In this document: one piece after another, positions 41,731-53,546 of the stretch
Position numbering within the stretch: the first letter of the stretch is position 1
Layout: each line of letters starts with the position of its first letter
From: Entomortierella parvispora E1425
Taxonomy: Eukaryota; Fungi; Mortierellomycota
DNA length: 64,000 bases
NCBI GenBank assembly: GCA_020891255.1
Contig: BQFW01000009.1
Location: 1,811,843 to 1,875,842 of the forward strand
Direction: 5' to 3'
Made by a program: the position numbers and the translations under genes
The notes under the pieces: model-generated
Seen by the model: the letters and a program-made list of their open reading frames with translations, nothing else
Told to the model about the DNA's origin: nothing
The model's database searches: none

Positions 41731-44017
41731 ATGGTCAAGCGTGCTTCACCATCGCTGATCTCCTTTGTCACTTTCGTTTTTTTTCTGAGCGCAGCGCTCT
41801 CTGGCCGCTCTATAGTCGTTTCTGGTTCTGTGATCAGCGCCAACACGGCCTCGTCGACCAACTTTGAGCTTCAAACAAACTTGGTCACATGCGGAACCGA
41901 AGAAGGAGCCCCGGCAGCACCGCCTTCAGAAGACTCGGCCACTGCTAATAGTGCGGCTGCGGCGGTGGCTAAAATGAGCGTTGCTGTTTGTTCTCCACCC
42001 GAGTCCAAACTCTTTGGGAACGTTCAAATAGTCAACGGTACACCGCACCCTGGCCCTACTGGTGTCCGAGTAAGTTGTTTCCCAAAATATATGATCTCGT
42101 CCATTGGTTGAGTTTGTCTTAACATACATATTCCATCCATGTTTGTTTGTTTTTTTGTAGGGGCGTCTTTATGATGTGGGGACTTTGTGCGACGCCAAAG
42201 TCTCCGAGAAGATTGATCGAGCCTGGGTGGCGTTCCTCGACTGCTCTGGTTGCTCCCTTGCTACAAAACTTGCCAACCTCGAGAGTTCTAACCCCCAGGC
42301 CATTCTGATCTACAACCAAACTTCATGCGTCTTCCCTGCGCCACAGGCTCCCGCACCAGTACCTGCACCTTCACCTTCACCTACACCTTCACCTGCACCT
42401 TCACCTGCACCCGCACCTGAACCCAGGCCTCCTGCGACGTCTTCTATTGAGTCAGCTCCTGCCGCGCCTGTGGAAACCGAACCTGTGGAAAAGACGCCTG
42501 CGCCTCCACCTAAGAGTGGTGAAGGAAATGGGGATAATGGTGACCAGGGCAGTGGGGATGGAGATGATGATGGGGACAACGATGATGATGAGGACTCTAC
42601 AAAGCATCCCAAACACAGCAACCGTCGACGCTCTCTTGAAGCTCAAGAATCAGATGGCTATGTTCATTCGCCAAGGACACAACCTCGCCCCCATCCGATA
42701 TCTGAGCTTGAGTACCCTAGAGGAGTGGTTGACGATGCCAGATATGTCCATTCACCCAGACCCAGGCCCCGTCCTCACCCTATTGTAAGCCGCCGTTCTT
42801 TCCTCAAGACCAACGCGGAGAGTGTCAATGGCGCAACAGCAATCGGATCCTCCAGGGCTGCTGATCTCTCCCAGGCGACGATCAAGTTTGGTACCACCGT
42901 CGCCATGGTCGAATCCTTGGCTGTTGATTATCTCTTCAAAATTCTTCTTGGCCCTGCTTCGTATGCCCCCATCCCAACAGCCCTTCGGGCACTCAAGACT
43001 ATTGCTCAACAGAACGATCCTAACACCAACCCCTCTCTTGGCACCAAAGGCTCCTCTTCTTCCAACTCCATTACCGATCTCATGGTCAGCATCTCACCCT
43101 CAAACAATGGCGAGTCGTCGTCTTCGGAACCAAAGTTCCTGTCCATGTCAAAGCCCATTTTTGGCGCCGTTATTGGTGTCATTGCAGCTGTTGTTTGCGC
43201 GGCCGTGTTAGGATGGGTGGTTCGCCCAATGTACTTGCGACGCCGACAAAAGAATGAGGATCGGATTGAGGAACTGGAGCAAAGCAACAACCATGGTGGC
43301 AATGAAGACGGTGGATATTTCGCGGCAGGAGACGTAGGAGCAGTGGACAGGGAGCCCAAATTGGACCCAGAACAGTTTTATGATAACCAGCAACAGCAAC
43401 AGCTCAGTCACCAGTACCAGCAAGCTACATCGTCGGGTTTCTGTGAGGTTCCTGTCATGCCTACACTAGTGTCAGCCAGACCGCACGGCGCCAAGAACGA
43501 CATATTCACGCCTGTTGAGACAGAGAAACTCCACTTTCAGGATGAGAACGACAACAACACAGCACCTGAGACAGACAGCATGTCCATAGTCCAAGCCCGA
43601 ACAAACGTCCCAATGTCCAATGCAACAGCGGACCACGATATTAGCAACGACGATGCAAAACTAGCACAGCAGCAGCTCCGGCGATTACGTCAACAGCAGG
43701 CATCTGTGGAAACAACTGAACCTGACCCTCGACGAGCAAGTCTCTCTTCGGACGGATCAGAATCGGTCATGCCTGCATGGAGGAGACACCGAGACGGGCA
43801 ACGGTCTGTGTCTTCGATTTCAGTCACGTCTACACAGGCCACATCCACACCTGTAACCAGACTTCCACTATCCCAAGCGGAGGATCAAAGATCGTTCGAG
43901 ATGAATGAATGGGAAGAGGAGCCTTCACCTGTTTCTCGAGTAAGTATAGATAGTGGACGTAGGGGAGGCGATCTATTCAATGCTCCAAGCCTTAGGCGCA
44001 ACCGTTTCCAATCATAG
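41731..44017 (+). CDS. Type I membrane protein with signal peptide, PA (protease-associated)-like domain, Pro-rich linker and one TM helix
   Basis: Hydrophobic N-terminus; one intron (about 42070-42160); GRLYDVGTLCD...WVAFLDCSGCSLATKLANLESSNPQAILIYN is PA-like. TM helix IFGAVIGVIAAVVCAAVLGWVV followed by RRRQK. Confidence 0.75.
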
Positions 44018-44137
44018 ATGCTGTTACAACAAACGTGGCCGATTGCTCGACCGTTTATTACTGGTTGAATGTAATTCATGACAATAAAAGTATCATGCAG
44101 AAAACAATGAACCGAAGAGGAAGCGTGGTCCCCACTT

Positions 44138-45728
44138 TTACTTGAAGACTTTGCCATCCTTGATGGGCTTGCCGTCAATAACACCCTCCCAGGCAAAGAC
44201 TTGGTTGATCTTCTGTCTGTTTTCCTCGTCCACATTGATCTTGACCCAGTTGTACGAGTCGTAATCCGCTGCATCGGTGATCTCCTCGATCATCTCCTCT
44301 GGGTTGGAGCGAACAATGAAGTATCCAGTGATAATGTTGGCATTGTCCTCACCTGCAACAACCAAGCATCCGAAAGCGTACTTGCGAGCGCGCTCCAAAC
44401 GGTTCATCAAGCCACCTGCCAAGTTGTTGGACATGTACAGTTTGGTCAACTCGTCATTGTACTTGTAGTCAACCTTCCAGATCGAGTAGTCCTTGGTCAA
44501 ATCGATGTTCTCCCACAGCCACTTCATGGCCACCGGGGTGTCGTTGTTGGAGTACTGGCGCTTCCACTCATCCAGAGGCATCTTGGCAGCAGGCAAAAGA
44601 TCCAACTTCGACTTTGGTTTGGGTGCATCCTGGAAAACCTCCTCTTCCTCCTCGTCATCCTTCTTCTTGGTTTTTTTCTCCTCTTTGGCAGCGGCCTTGG
44701 GCTTTTCGGCAGCCTTGGGCTTTTCCTCCTTGGTCTTCTTGGGAGGGGTGAACTTGAGGGGGGTCTCACACAGGGTGAATGGGCCAGCAACAGCCTTGAA
44801 TTTGGGCTGGTTGACGATAGTGGTGAACCAACGAGTAACAGCAGGGTAGCTCTTACGGAAAGGAGCGTCAAAGACTGACTTGAAGCCGTGGAACAGTGAG
44901 ATGGCGCTCGAGATATCAGCCAATGTCACGCGTTCGCCAACTAAATAAGTCTTCTTGATCAAGTGGCGCTCCAAAGTCGCAAGCTGGGTCTTGACCTTCT
45001 CGATTGCAGTGGTCTCCGTAAGCTTGTTGTAAGGGACACGGTCGGGAGCCAAAAGAGGGAAGACCCATTGACCAAGGGCAGGTGCGATAGAAATGTCGAC
45101 AAACTGGATCCACTGCTGAATGTGGGCTTCTTCGGCCTTGTTTTTGCCGATCAAGGTCGAGTTGTCCTTGTAGTGGGCCACTATTTGGTCACGACACAAA
45201 CATGGATGAGTCATCGGAATACATTTTCTTGCTTTGTTTTGTTTTGAGTGAGGCAAGGAACGAATACGTCAACAATGAAAGAACTTACAGTAATAGGCGA
45301 TGGCGCCAGACTCGATAATCAACGTTCCGTCAGTTCCTTCAAACGCAGGGACCTAGCAAATGCAGCAAGACAGCAAGATGGCTGTGAGTCCGAGAGACTT
45401 TTTCAAAGTTGCAGACGAGGCGATATGAAAAGTGGCGATATGAAAAAATGAGCCTTCGTCCTGGACAACGTACCTGGGACGCGCCAAACTTCTTGATCCA
45501 TTCAGGGGTCTTGTTGGTGGTACCCATGACAAACTTGTCGTCAACCTTGACCTCGAGACCATTGTATTTGGCGACAATGAGGGCCTTGAACACACGGGGG
45601 TTCTGGGGATAAGAGTAGATGGTCTAAAATGATATGAAATGCAAGAAAGGAATTGATTAGAGTTGCGGACATGAACTGGTCTTCATCAGCACAGACCATC
45701 CTGGATTTGGCCTTACACCGATGGTCAT
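44138..45728 (-). CDS. TEF4: Translation elongation factor eEF1B-gamma
   Basis: A 12-nt exon 1 (MTIG) joins TIYSYPQNPRVFKALIVAKY. GST-like N-domain (YLVGERVTLAD), Lys/Glu linker, and C-domain LDEWKRQYSN...YKYNDELT...GGLMNRLE...FAWEG...DGKVFK. Confidence 0.96.
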
Positions 45729-47740
45729 CTTGAGAACTTGAGAGAATTGGATCAAGAAATGAAGAGTTGAGAGATGGAGTGGAGAAGGAACAGGAGGAAG
45801 GAAAGAGCCCTGTGTTGTATTGTTGTTGTGTCGTCGTGAGAACCACCGGGTGAACACGACATCGCAACAGAGAGGTAAATATCACGCCAGAGGGCCGTGC
45901 TTGGGCCATATTCTGCAACCCTCTCTAATTGCTCGCTGCTCCAGACCTCTCTTATTGCATGCATCTTTTTTTCATTTCCAGTGAGCCACGTGAGAGACAG
46001 GTTTTGAGTCAGCCCAATCGGTCTCCAAACTCTGGATCAGGAGCAGGGGAGAGGTGTGGACTCACTCAGCCTTGTTCTTTGTCCCTACATTGTTTGTTGT
46101 CCAACTCAACTCAGCTAGTTGTTCGGAACCCTCTGTTGTCATTATGTCACCGTCAAGGAAGAAAAAAAAACAGTGGTCAAGATCATGAGCTGATCTGGGC
46201 AAAGAAAACAAACCATGCATACATCATTGATCTTTCTCTGTTCAGAGGAAAAAATCCCGGTCTTTCTCAGCCCTAGTAGAAAGAGGGAAGGAGGAACTCC
46301 TGAAAACCCCATGCCTCTTTCTGCAGTGTGGACCCCATTAGTCAAAGATCTAAGGAAACGGGGGCTGGATCCATTTCAATCAAAAAGTCCACACCAATCA
46401 TCTTGTCCACACTTTGATTAGCACGTCGGGTTGCGGGAAATGAGCTGATCCAGAAAGGAAAGACCAGCAGAGCCAGTACCATAGAAGGAAGCAGGGTAGG
46501 ATCTGAAGCGGGGTAAAGTTGGTCTTTCATAATCAGAGACGACCATTATTATTCATTTAGTCAATTGAAGCTGGTTCGGATCCCGGGTCTGGAAAACACA
46601 TGGCACGATCGGTCTGTGCAAGTAGCGGAACAAAAAATGAACAACAACTGTATTCACAACAACAGTGAAAAAAACATCCCAAGTAGATCGGCCCCACATT
46701 GAACAAAGGGTCTGAAACATTCAGATTTCCATGCGGTGGTCATCTCTCCTGCTCTCCTGATGCCCTCCTGCGCCTTCTCCTTCATGGGATTAAGTGAGGG
46801 CAAGGGCAAAGAAGCCAGGGTGGGGTGGGAAGAAAGGGTGCATTGTCCAGAAAGGGGTTCGATCTGCTTCAGTCTACTCTTTTGAACTCTGATCAGGATG
46901 AGATGGAGAGGAGAGATTGAGAGAGAAGGGGAGCTGAGGGTGCGACGGCCGTTCTGCACGGAAATGAATGGATTAGATTTAGATCGCTTGCTTTCGCCCA
47001 TTTGGAAGAGAGCACAGGGCAGAGAAGTCAGAAGAGCAACAGGCAGAAGGGCAAGGATCGGACAAAAAAAAAAAGAAGCTCTTTTATTTCTTTTCATAGA
47101 GTTGCTTTGCCACTTTTGCTCATGGGAGTGAGAGCGGGAGCACAGCGTGGCACAGAAACGAGGGCTATTTGGCAAGCAATTGGACAGAAAGACAAGCTCT
47201 GCAGTAAACAGCAATATAGTCTGGTGCAGGTATAGTGATGATGATGGCAACGAAGGAAGGATGAATGATGACGGAGGAGGATATGATGATTATGACTTGC
47301 AAAACAAAAACAAGGACCCCAAAAAAGAACAAACAAGGCCTGATCCGATGACTGCAAGTCCGATCTGTCCGTTCCGCAGAGAGACGAGAGACGCAGAGAC
47401 GCAGAGACAGAGAGACAGAGAGACGAGACGGCCGGCAGTAACCCAAATGAGTGACGAGTGAGTGACTTGACTGATACGAATGAATGAAAGATAGAGAAGA
47501 GGAAGAGAGAGAGAGAGAGGGCTGATTGACTGGTTGGCTGAGGGACGGGACTGATTGACTGACTGGCAGCCAAGCAGCGGCGAGCGAGGGACGAGTGAGA
47601 CACCACGCTACGCTGCAGAACAAGATGAGTTCTCCCTCGACCAATCACCGCCTGCGCCCTCCCAGTCCGTCCGTTGAGTGAACCAGCGGGCCCGCCGCAA
47701 TGGACCCATGCAAAACCTACCGGCAATAAATAGAACTTGA

Positions 47741-48230
47741 AAAGTTCCCCCTGTCTCTTTTTCCCTTCTTTTCCTTCTTTTTTTTTTTTTTTTTTGATTC
47801 TTGTTCATCTCTTTCCTTCATCATCCTTCCCTTTTCCATCCCCATCCCATCCCATCCCATCACTCTCCCCGTCCCTCTCTTCATCCCCATCATTCTCTTC
47901 ATCCATCCGCACCTCCTTCTTGCTCTCTCTTCTCTCTTTCTCTTTGCTGCATCGCCTTCCCTTCCTATTGCCACACGCACCCCCTCTCCCTTGTTTCTTT
48001 TTTATCTCTTCTCTCTCCTGCACTCCACCCCTTCCCTTCCCTTGCCTTCCCTTTCCCCTTCTCCCTTGCCGTCCTTTTCCTTGTCCTTCCTTTCCCTTGT
48101 CGACTCTTTTTATATCTCCCACTCTTGCGTTCGTCAAACTCTTCATCTCCTCTTTCTTCAACCGCTTCGTTCTGTGCTGTTGTTGAACGTTTCCCTTTCC
48201 TTTTGCCTCTTCTCTTCGACTACACCCCCT
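47741..48230 (+). repeat. Polypyrimidine / (CCATC)n low-complexity tract upstream of the SEL1 gene
   Basis: About 490 bp of almost purely C/T top strand, including a CCATC run near 47836-47860. Probably 5' UTR or promoter. Confidence 0.8.
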
Positions 48231-48278
48231 CTCCGAACTATCGACTCCCCACAGCCTTACACAGGCACTTCTTCAATA

Positions 48279-50386
48279 ATGTCCTCTTCCGCCTCTCACA
48301 TCCTCCATCGAGGACGCAGCGTCTTCTCAAAACTCAACAAGAAATACAGACTGCCCGCCTCCGCCACCCTCTCCGCCGCCTCCTCCACCTCATCTATCTG
48401 CTCCTTCTCGCCCACGCCCTGCTCACACTCTGCCGATACCTTCCTCTCAGCAGAATCTCTCCAGTCTGCAGCTGCCACAGCCACACCACAAGACCCCCAG
48501 GATGCTGCCAGAGCAATCCAGCTCTTTGAATTGGGTCAGCAACTGCTCTTTGGCCGCCAGGGTCACAAGGACGAGTCCGCAGCAGTCGAGTACTACCGCC
48601 TTTCGGCCCAGCTTGGTCATCTCGAATCCCAGGGAGTCTATGCCTTCTGTCACGAGTTTGGCTTGGGAGTCGAGGCCAACTACGTCGAGGCTGAGCGTCT
48701 CTACATCCTTGCCGCAGAGAAAGGAGACGGTCTCTCTCTTTCCCGCCTCGCCTTCTTGCGCAAGTATGGCCGCCCTTCCGTCAAGATTGACCGGATCGAG
48801 TCAGAATACTGGAGACAAAAGATCAACCAGCAAGGACCCGCCTCTCTGGCCTGGCTCATGGAGGCGGCCTCTGTCGACAACCACGGCTGCTGCCAGTTTG
48901 CCCTCGGAGTGTGTTATCACGATGGCGTCGGTGTTGAGAAGAACGCCACAGAGGCTGCTCTCTGGTACAGAAAGTCGGCTGAGCAAGGTAACGCCCGCGG
49001 TCAAGGCATCCTTGGCTACTGCTACGCAGAAGGCTTGGGTGTTGAGCGAGACCGCCAAAAGGCCATGTACTGGTACAGGATTGCAGCATCACAGGGGGAG
49101 TCAGTGGCTCTTTACAACATCGGATACTGCTACGAAGATGGTCTCGGCGTCGAACGCAACCCGTACGAAGCTGTACGATGGTATCGACTTTCAGCCGAGC
49201 AGGGCAACGCTTTTGCCCAGAACTCGCTCGGTTACTGCTACGAGGACGGCGTTGGTATCGAACAGAATCAGGAACTGGCTGTCGAATGGTATACAAAGTC
49301 AGCGGAGCAGGGATATCCATGGGCAGAATGCAACCTTGGCTACTGCTACCAGAACGGTATCGGACTTCCAAGGGACAATGCCAAGGGCGCTTACTGGTAC
49401 CGCAAGGCCGCTCTCCAAGGTCATGCTCGTGCCCAACACAACCTTGGTTTCTGTTACCAGAATGGAATTGGCGTCCCCAAGGATCAGGTCGAGGCTGTCA
49501 AATGGTACATGAAGTCTGCTGAGCGCGGCAATATCTTTGCGTTTCATTCTCTCGGATACTGCTACCAGAACGGAATCGGCGTGACCCAAAACTTGGATGA
49601 AGCCGTTTACTGGTACTATCTCTCTGCAGAGGAGAACCACGCCCCCGCTCAACTCTCACTCGGGTACTGCTTCCGTAACGGTGTGGGTGTCCCCAAAGAG
49701 CCTAAGGAGGCCGTCAAGTGGTTTTACCGGTCTGCGATCCAAGGCAATGCCCTTGCTCAGAACTCGCTCGGATTCTGCTATGAGGAGGGCGTTGGTGTCG
49801 AGAAAAATCGTGAAAAGGCGGTCTTTTGGTACGAGAAATCTGCAGCCCAGAACAACCCATGGGCCCAGTGCAATCTCGGGTTCTGCTATGCGAACGAAAT
49901 TGGTGTTGCTCAAGATTACGAGCTGGCTGTTAAGTACTACTCTTTGGCCGCCGCCCAGAACCATGCCCGTGCCCAGGACAAGCTTGGAGTATGCCTCCAG
50001 CTCGGCCAGGGTATTGCACAGGATGTGAAGCTTGCAGTCAGGTACTTCAGACTCGCGGCTGAGCAGGGACATCTCGCTGGTCAATATCATCTTGCCAACG
50101 CACTTGTAAGTCCATCCCTCTGTCCACCTTGCTTTCATATGATTAATGGACTTAGCAGTGACAGATTGACTGACTATTTTTTTTTTCTAAATAGGAAAAG
50201 GGCTTGGGATGTGAAGTTCAGTTGGAAGAGGCTTCCATGTGGTTCGAGCGCGCTGCTGCCAACGGATGCCGGACATCACACGAGCGCCTTCAGCGTCTTT
50301 TGGCCCGATCTTGCCTTGAGAACGGCTTCGAAAACGCCAACGGCCTCTTCCTAGGCTCAGTTGGCCACTGTGCTCCTGCTGCCTAG
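48279..50386 (+). CDS. SEL1-like repeat protein (about 15 repeats)
   Basis: 36-aa repeats of the form A(Q)xxLGxCYxxGxGVxxxxxxAxxWYxxSAxQG. One intron (50106-about 50194) lies inside the last repeat. Confidence 0.95.
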
Positions 50387-50852
50387 GCAACCAAAGCCTT
50401 CATTCATTTCTTTTGTTCTTTTCTCTGTTTTCTGCATTCTGCTTGCCTCATGTACTTCTGCTTTTTACACCCTTGTAACCATATATCCCATCTCCAGTGC
50501 ATTCCTGTACTGGTCGGCAAGTTGATGCCTCTTTCATTATTGCGACCTGTTTATTCAGGATGCATTTCAACCGAAGTAATATCAAAAGAAAAAATCAAAA
50601 AAAAAAAAAAAAAAACTCCCGCACCACCTTCTCTTCATCATCTTCAGTAGACTTCTGTTCAAAAAACTGCATCTCCTATTATACCATTCACTTTTTGTAT
50701 TAATAAAAACATTCAAAAGAAGATTTCCACTTGCGCTGCCCGCAGAAGATGTTTGTGTCGATGATCATTCCCCACTGCTGACAGAACATGGATCCGGAAA
50801 GATGTTTATCCCAGAATGCAACGTCCGACTTTCATCCTCTTTGCCTCCAAAG

Positions 50853-50884
<32 letters not shown>

Positions 50885-51072
50885 CGTTGAGATGGACATC
50901 TCTCCAAGGCCGGGCCAGCGTCATTGTTGATCAGTTTTTTTTTCAACTAGAAGACTTGATCCTCTTTCTTTTTCTCTTCTCTATCTTGTCCATCCAATTC
51001 ACTCTATCCTCTCTGCAGATTCCAAAATCCGTCTGATACTGCTCCCTGTCCTAAGAACATACAAGTGGAGCC

Positions 51073-52288
51073 ATGCCAAGCAGAAACTCTATACTGGAAA
51101 ATGTCTTTGGAATGCTAGGCATTGTTTTCTGGTCCTTTCAGCTCCTTCCACAAATCATTGACAACTACAAGGCCAAGACTACCAAAGGGTTGTCTTTAAC
51201 CATGTTCGTCATCTGGACTTTGGCTGAATTGGGATTTGGATGTTATAGTATCGTCGAGGAGTTGTCGATCCCAATCATTTTGCAGCCTCATATTTTTGGA
51301 TTATTGTCGCTGATTGTGTGTCTGCAATGCTTTTATTACGGCCAAGGAAAAGGACAACAACAACACGACTTTGGGGATGGTCCAACTCAGGGACTGGGCG
51401 AAGCACAAGAAGTACATGGATGGTCATTAACATCGTGGAAGAGAGGCACATTTGGACATTCACTGAAAGGCACCGTTGTGTTGGGCCTTCATTCGTTCTT
51501 GATCCTCGCAGGCATTGAAGTTGGAGCCGTCTTTGGGACAAAGGTACATCAGATAGATTCGATTATCAAAAACAGGAAAACATCCATCGACCTTCTTCAC
51601 TCCCTTCCTCCATTACCCCATTACTCATTCTACCTTCCTCGCAAACTACTCATTGATTTGATGAGATGGCGCAAAAAAGACCACAGTTCATCCCTGACTC
51701 GCCCTGTTGTTCTCTCGCAATTGCTCTACCAACAAATCTTAGGCCGCGATCGCACACAATGTCAAGGGGACGCTCGATGCATCTGGGATCATCCCGGTTG
51801 TATTGCTCGGCCTGGGCTTTCTGCCTCAATATGTCGACATCTTCCGTCGCCGATCCGTTATGGGCGTTTCTATGGTCTTCATCACAGGGGATGCACTAGG
51901 TTCAATTTTTTCTTTGATCAGTCTGGCCTTCAGGGAGTATTTTGATCTTCTGGCGGCTATGAACTACGTGATTGTTCTAGTCTGCGATCTTATTGTGGTT
52001 GGATTTTTCATCTGGTTCAACAAGACCCATCCGGAGCTGAAGCGCGAGCCTAGAAAAGATCGAGTGCCAACAACACCTGCGGGAAATCCCATGTTCGATT
52101 CAGGTCTAGAGACTCCAATAACAGCTACATCCCAAACAACCCACATCGACAATTACGCAAGAGGTGACCCTGAACACAAGCGGTCTTTTGGCCAGTCCGC
52201 AAAGGATGAAGAAGAACAACAAAGCGAAGTTCCACCAACGACCATAATTTGTCAAACACCCCTGTCCACCCAACCAGTTGCAATATAA
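51073..52288 (+). CDS. PQ-loop family membrane transporter (Ypq/PQLC2-like)
   Basis: Exons 51073-51543 and 51743-52288. Two PQ-loop repeats: WSFQLLPQIIDNYKAKTTKGLS and GFLPQYVDIFRRRSVMGVS. Confidence 0.92.
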
Positions 52289-53328
52289 ATATACTCAATC
52301 GATGTTGCGGTGCTGGTTCTGGGCCATTCCAATCGGGCAGAAAGATGTTACTAGTCCAAGGCCAAATGGCGCACGTACTACCATCTCATTACTGGACAAA
52401 CCAAGATCTGTGAAGCGGGCAACAAGTGCGTCTTCAGGACCACAAGTGTCTCTGGTTAAGCACTTGCTATTGACACGGCCAAGACTGTCCTGCTTATATA
52501 ACCGAAGGAGAAGAGAGCTCCTTGATCCAAGTTGACAAATGTAGTCGTCCATGCATGTAGGTATAGGTCAGCATTGGCTAATGAACCAGAAACAGTATTA
52601 AAATCAATGAGTTCGATGCAATGGAATGGTCCAACAGCCATCACAGCAACGCATGCTCCTTTTTTGGCGCCTCCTGCGTGGGCATGATCGCAGTTCCCTT
52701 CATGTGGAGAATCAAGATTCCCATGATTGTAGAGCCCTAGAGCCCAGACATTGGTGATGAGAGTTCGTCCTTGACAGTTACTGCTTCCTGAGGAGCTGGG
52801 GTAACGTTCATGAGGGGATTCCTGCTGGAAGAGGGAACTCTGAATGCAGTCTGACAGGGGTGGAGGTGGGAAAGGGTGGTCAAAGCGCTGGGGGGCTGGC
52901 GGAAATCTTTATTTCCCGGCAAAGTAGGAAATAACGGGCTGTACCCACTCGCGATCATCGGATGCACTCTCACTGCGACTTCACTGGCATCCTTTTTTCA
53001 ACAACTCTGTGTCATCGTTCGTTAAAATCAACCCGAAAAGACACGATGTACCGATGCGCTTATCTCGTACCAGTTGCTTCTCTGAGCAGAAGGCACCATT
53101 TAATCGCGTTGAACGATGATAATGTCATCGTCAGAGGCAGAGATCAAAACGTTGAGATAGCAATTAATATTTTTGTGGATTGTCATTTTGAAGTATTTTT
53201 TTTATGGTGGGCCTCTGATAATCCTAGGACTGGATCCGCCACTCAAGAGCAACCATGAACCTCGCGTTGTCTTGAGCTCGTACCAGGTGAGTCAAATAGG
53301 ACCTGCTCTGAAACGATTCTTCCTTCAA

Positions 53329-53481
53329 TTAAATAATGCAAGAACCATCAAGGTCGCGGTCCAGGCCAAGTTGTTTACAGGGTAGCTTCTCCACTTGAGC
53401 AGGGTAGGCCGTGGCAGTAGATGAGACCAGGGCAACGATTGCCATAACGGCAAGGATCGAGTAGGCGGTGAATCGGGCCAT
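53329..53481 (-). CDS. Candidate small secreted peptide precursor (50 aa, 2 Cys)
   Basis: MARFTAYSILAVMAIVALVSSTATA|YPAQVEKLPCKQLGLDRDLDGSCII*. Classic signal peptide with an AxA cleavage site, gccATGG start context and a C/T-rich leader. No homology recognised. Confidence 0.55.
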   Translation of the reverse strand: MARFTAYSILAVMAIVALVSSTATAYPAQVEKLPCKQLGLDRDLDGSCII

Positions 53482-53486
53482 GGCTT

Positions 53487-53546
53487 GAGGAAGTGGAGTT
53501 GGGATAGTGTTGAGGAAGTGGAGTTGGGATAGTGTTGGGGAAGTGG
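53487..53546. repeat. 25-bp tandem repeat x2.4
   Basis: GAGGAAGTGGAGTTGGGATAGTGTT at 53487-53511 and 53512-53536, plus a partial third copy. Confidence 0.95.

Noticed and set aside
45179-45716. Intronic snoRNA expected by analogy with yeast TEF4/snR38
   Set aside because: The introns are short, and I found no properly spaced C and D box pair.
47278-47346. C/D-box-like arrangement (GGAT-ATGATGA...CTGA-TCC)
   Set aside because: The interior is A-rich low complexity with no recognisable rRNA-complementary guide or C'/D' boxes.
45919-47740. Many 60-210 aa ORFs between eEF1B-gamma and the SEL1 gene (similarly 14600-16380 and 25000-25950)
   Set aside because: Low-complexity purine/pyrimidine tracts typical of promoters and UTRs; no domain or convincing exon chain.
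50360-50386. Possible prenylation signal as in Chs4/Skt5 SEL1 proteins
   Set aside because: The protein ends HCAPAA; the Cys is fifth from the end, so it is not a CaaX box.
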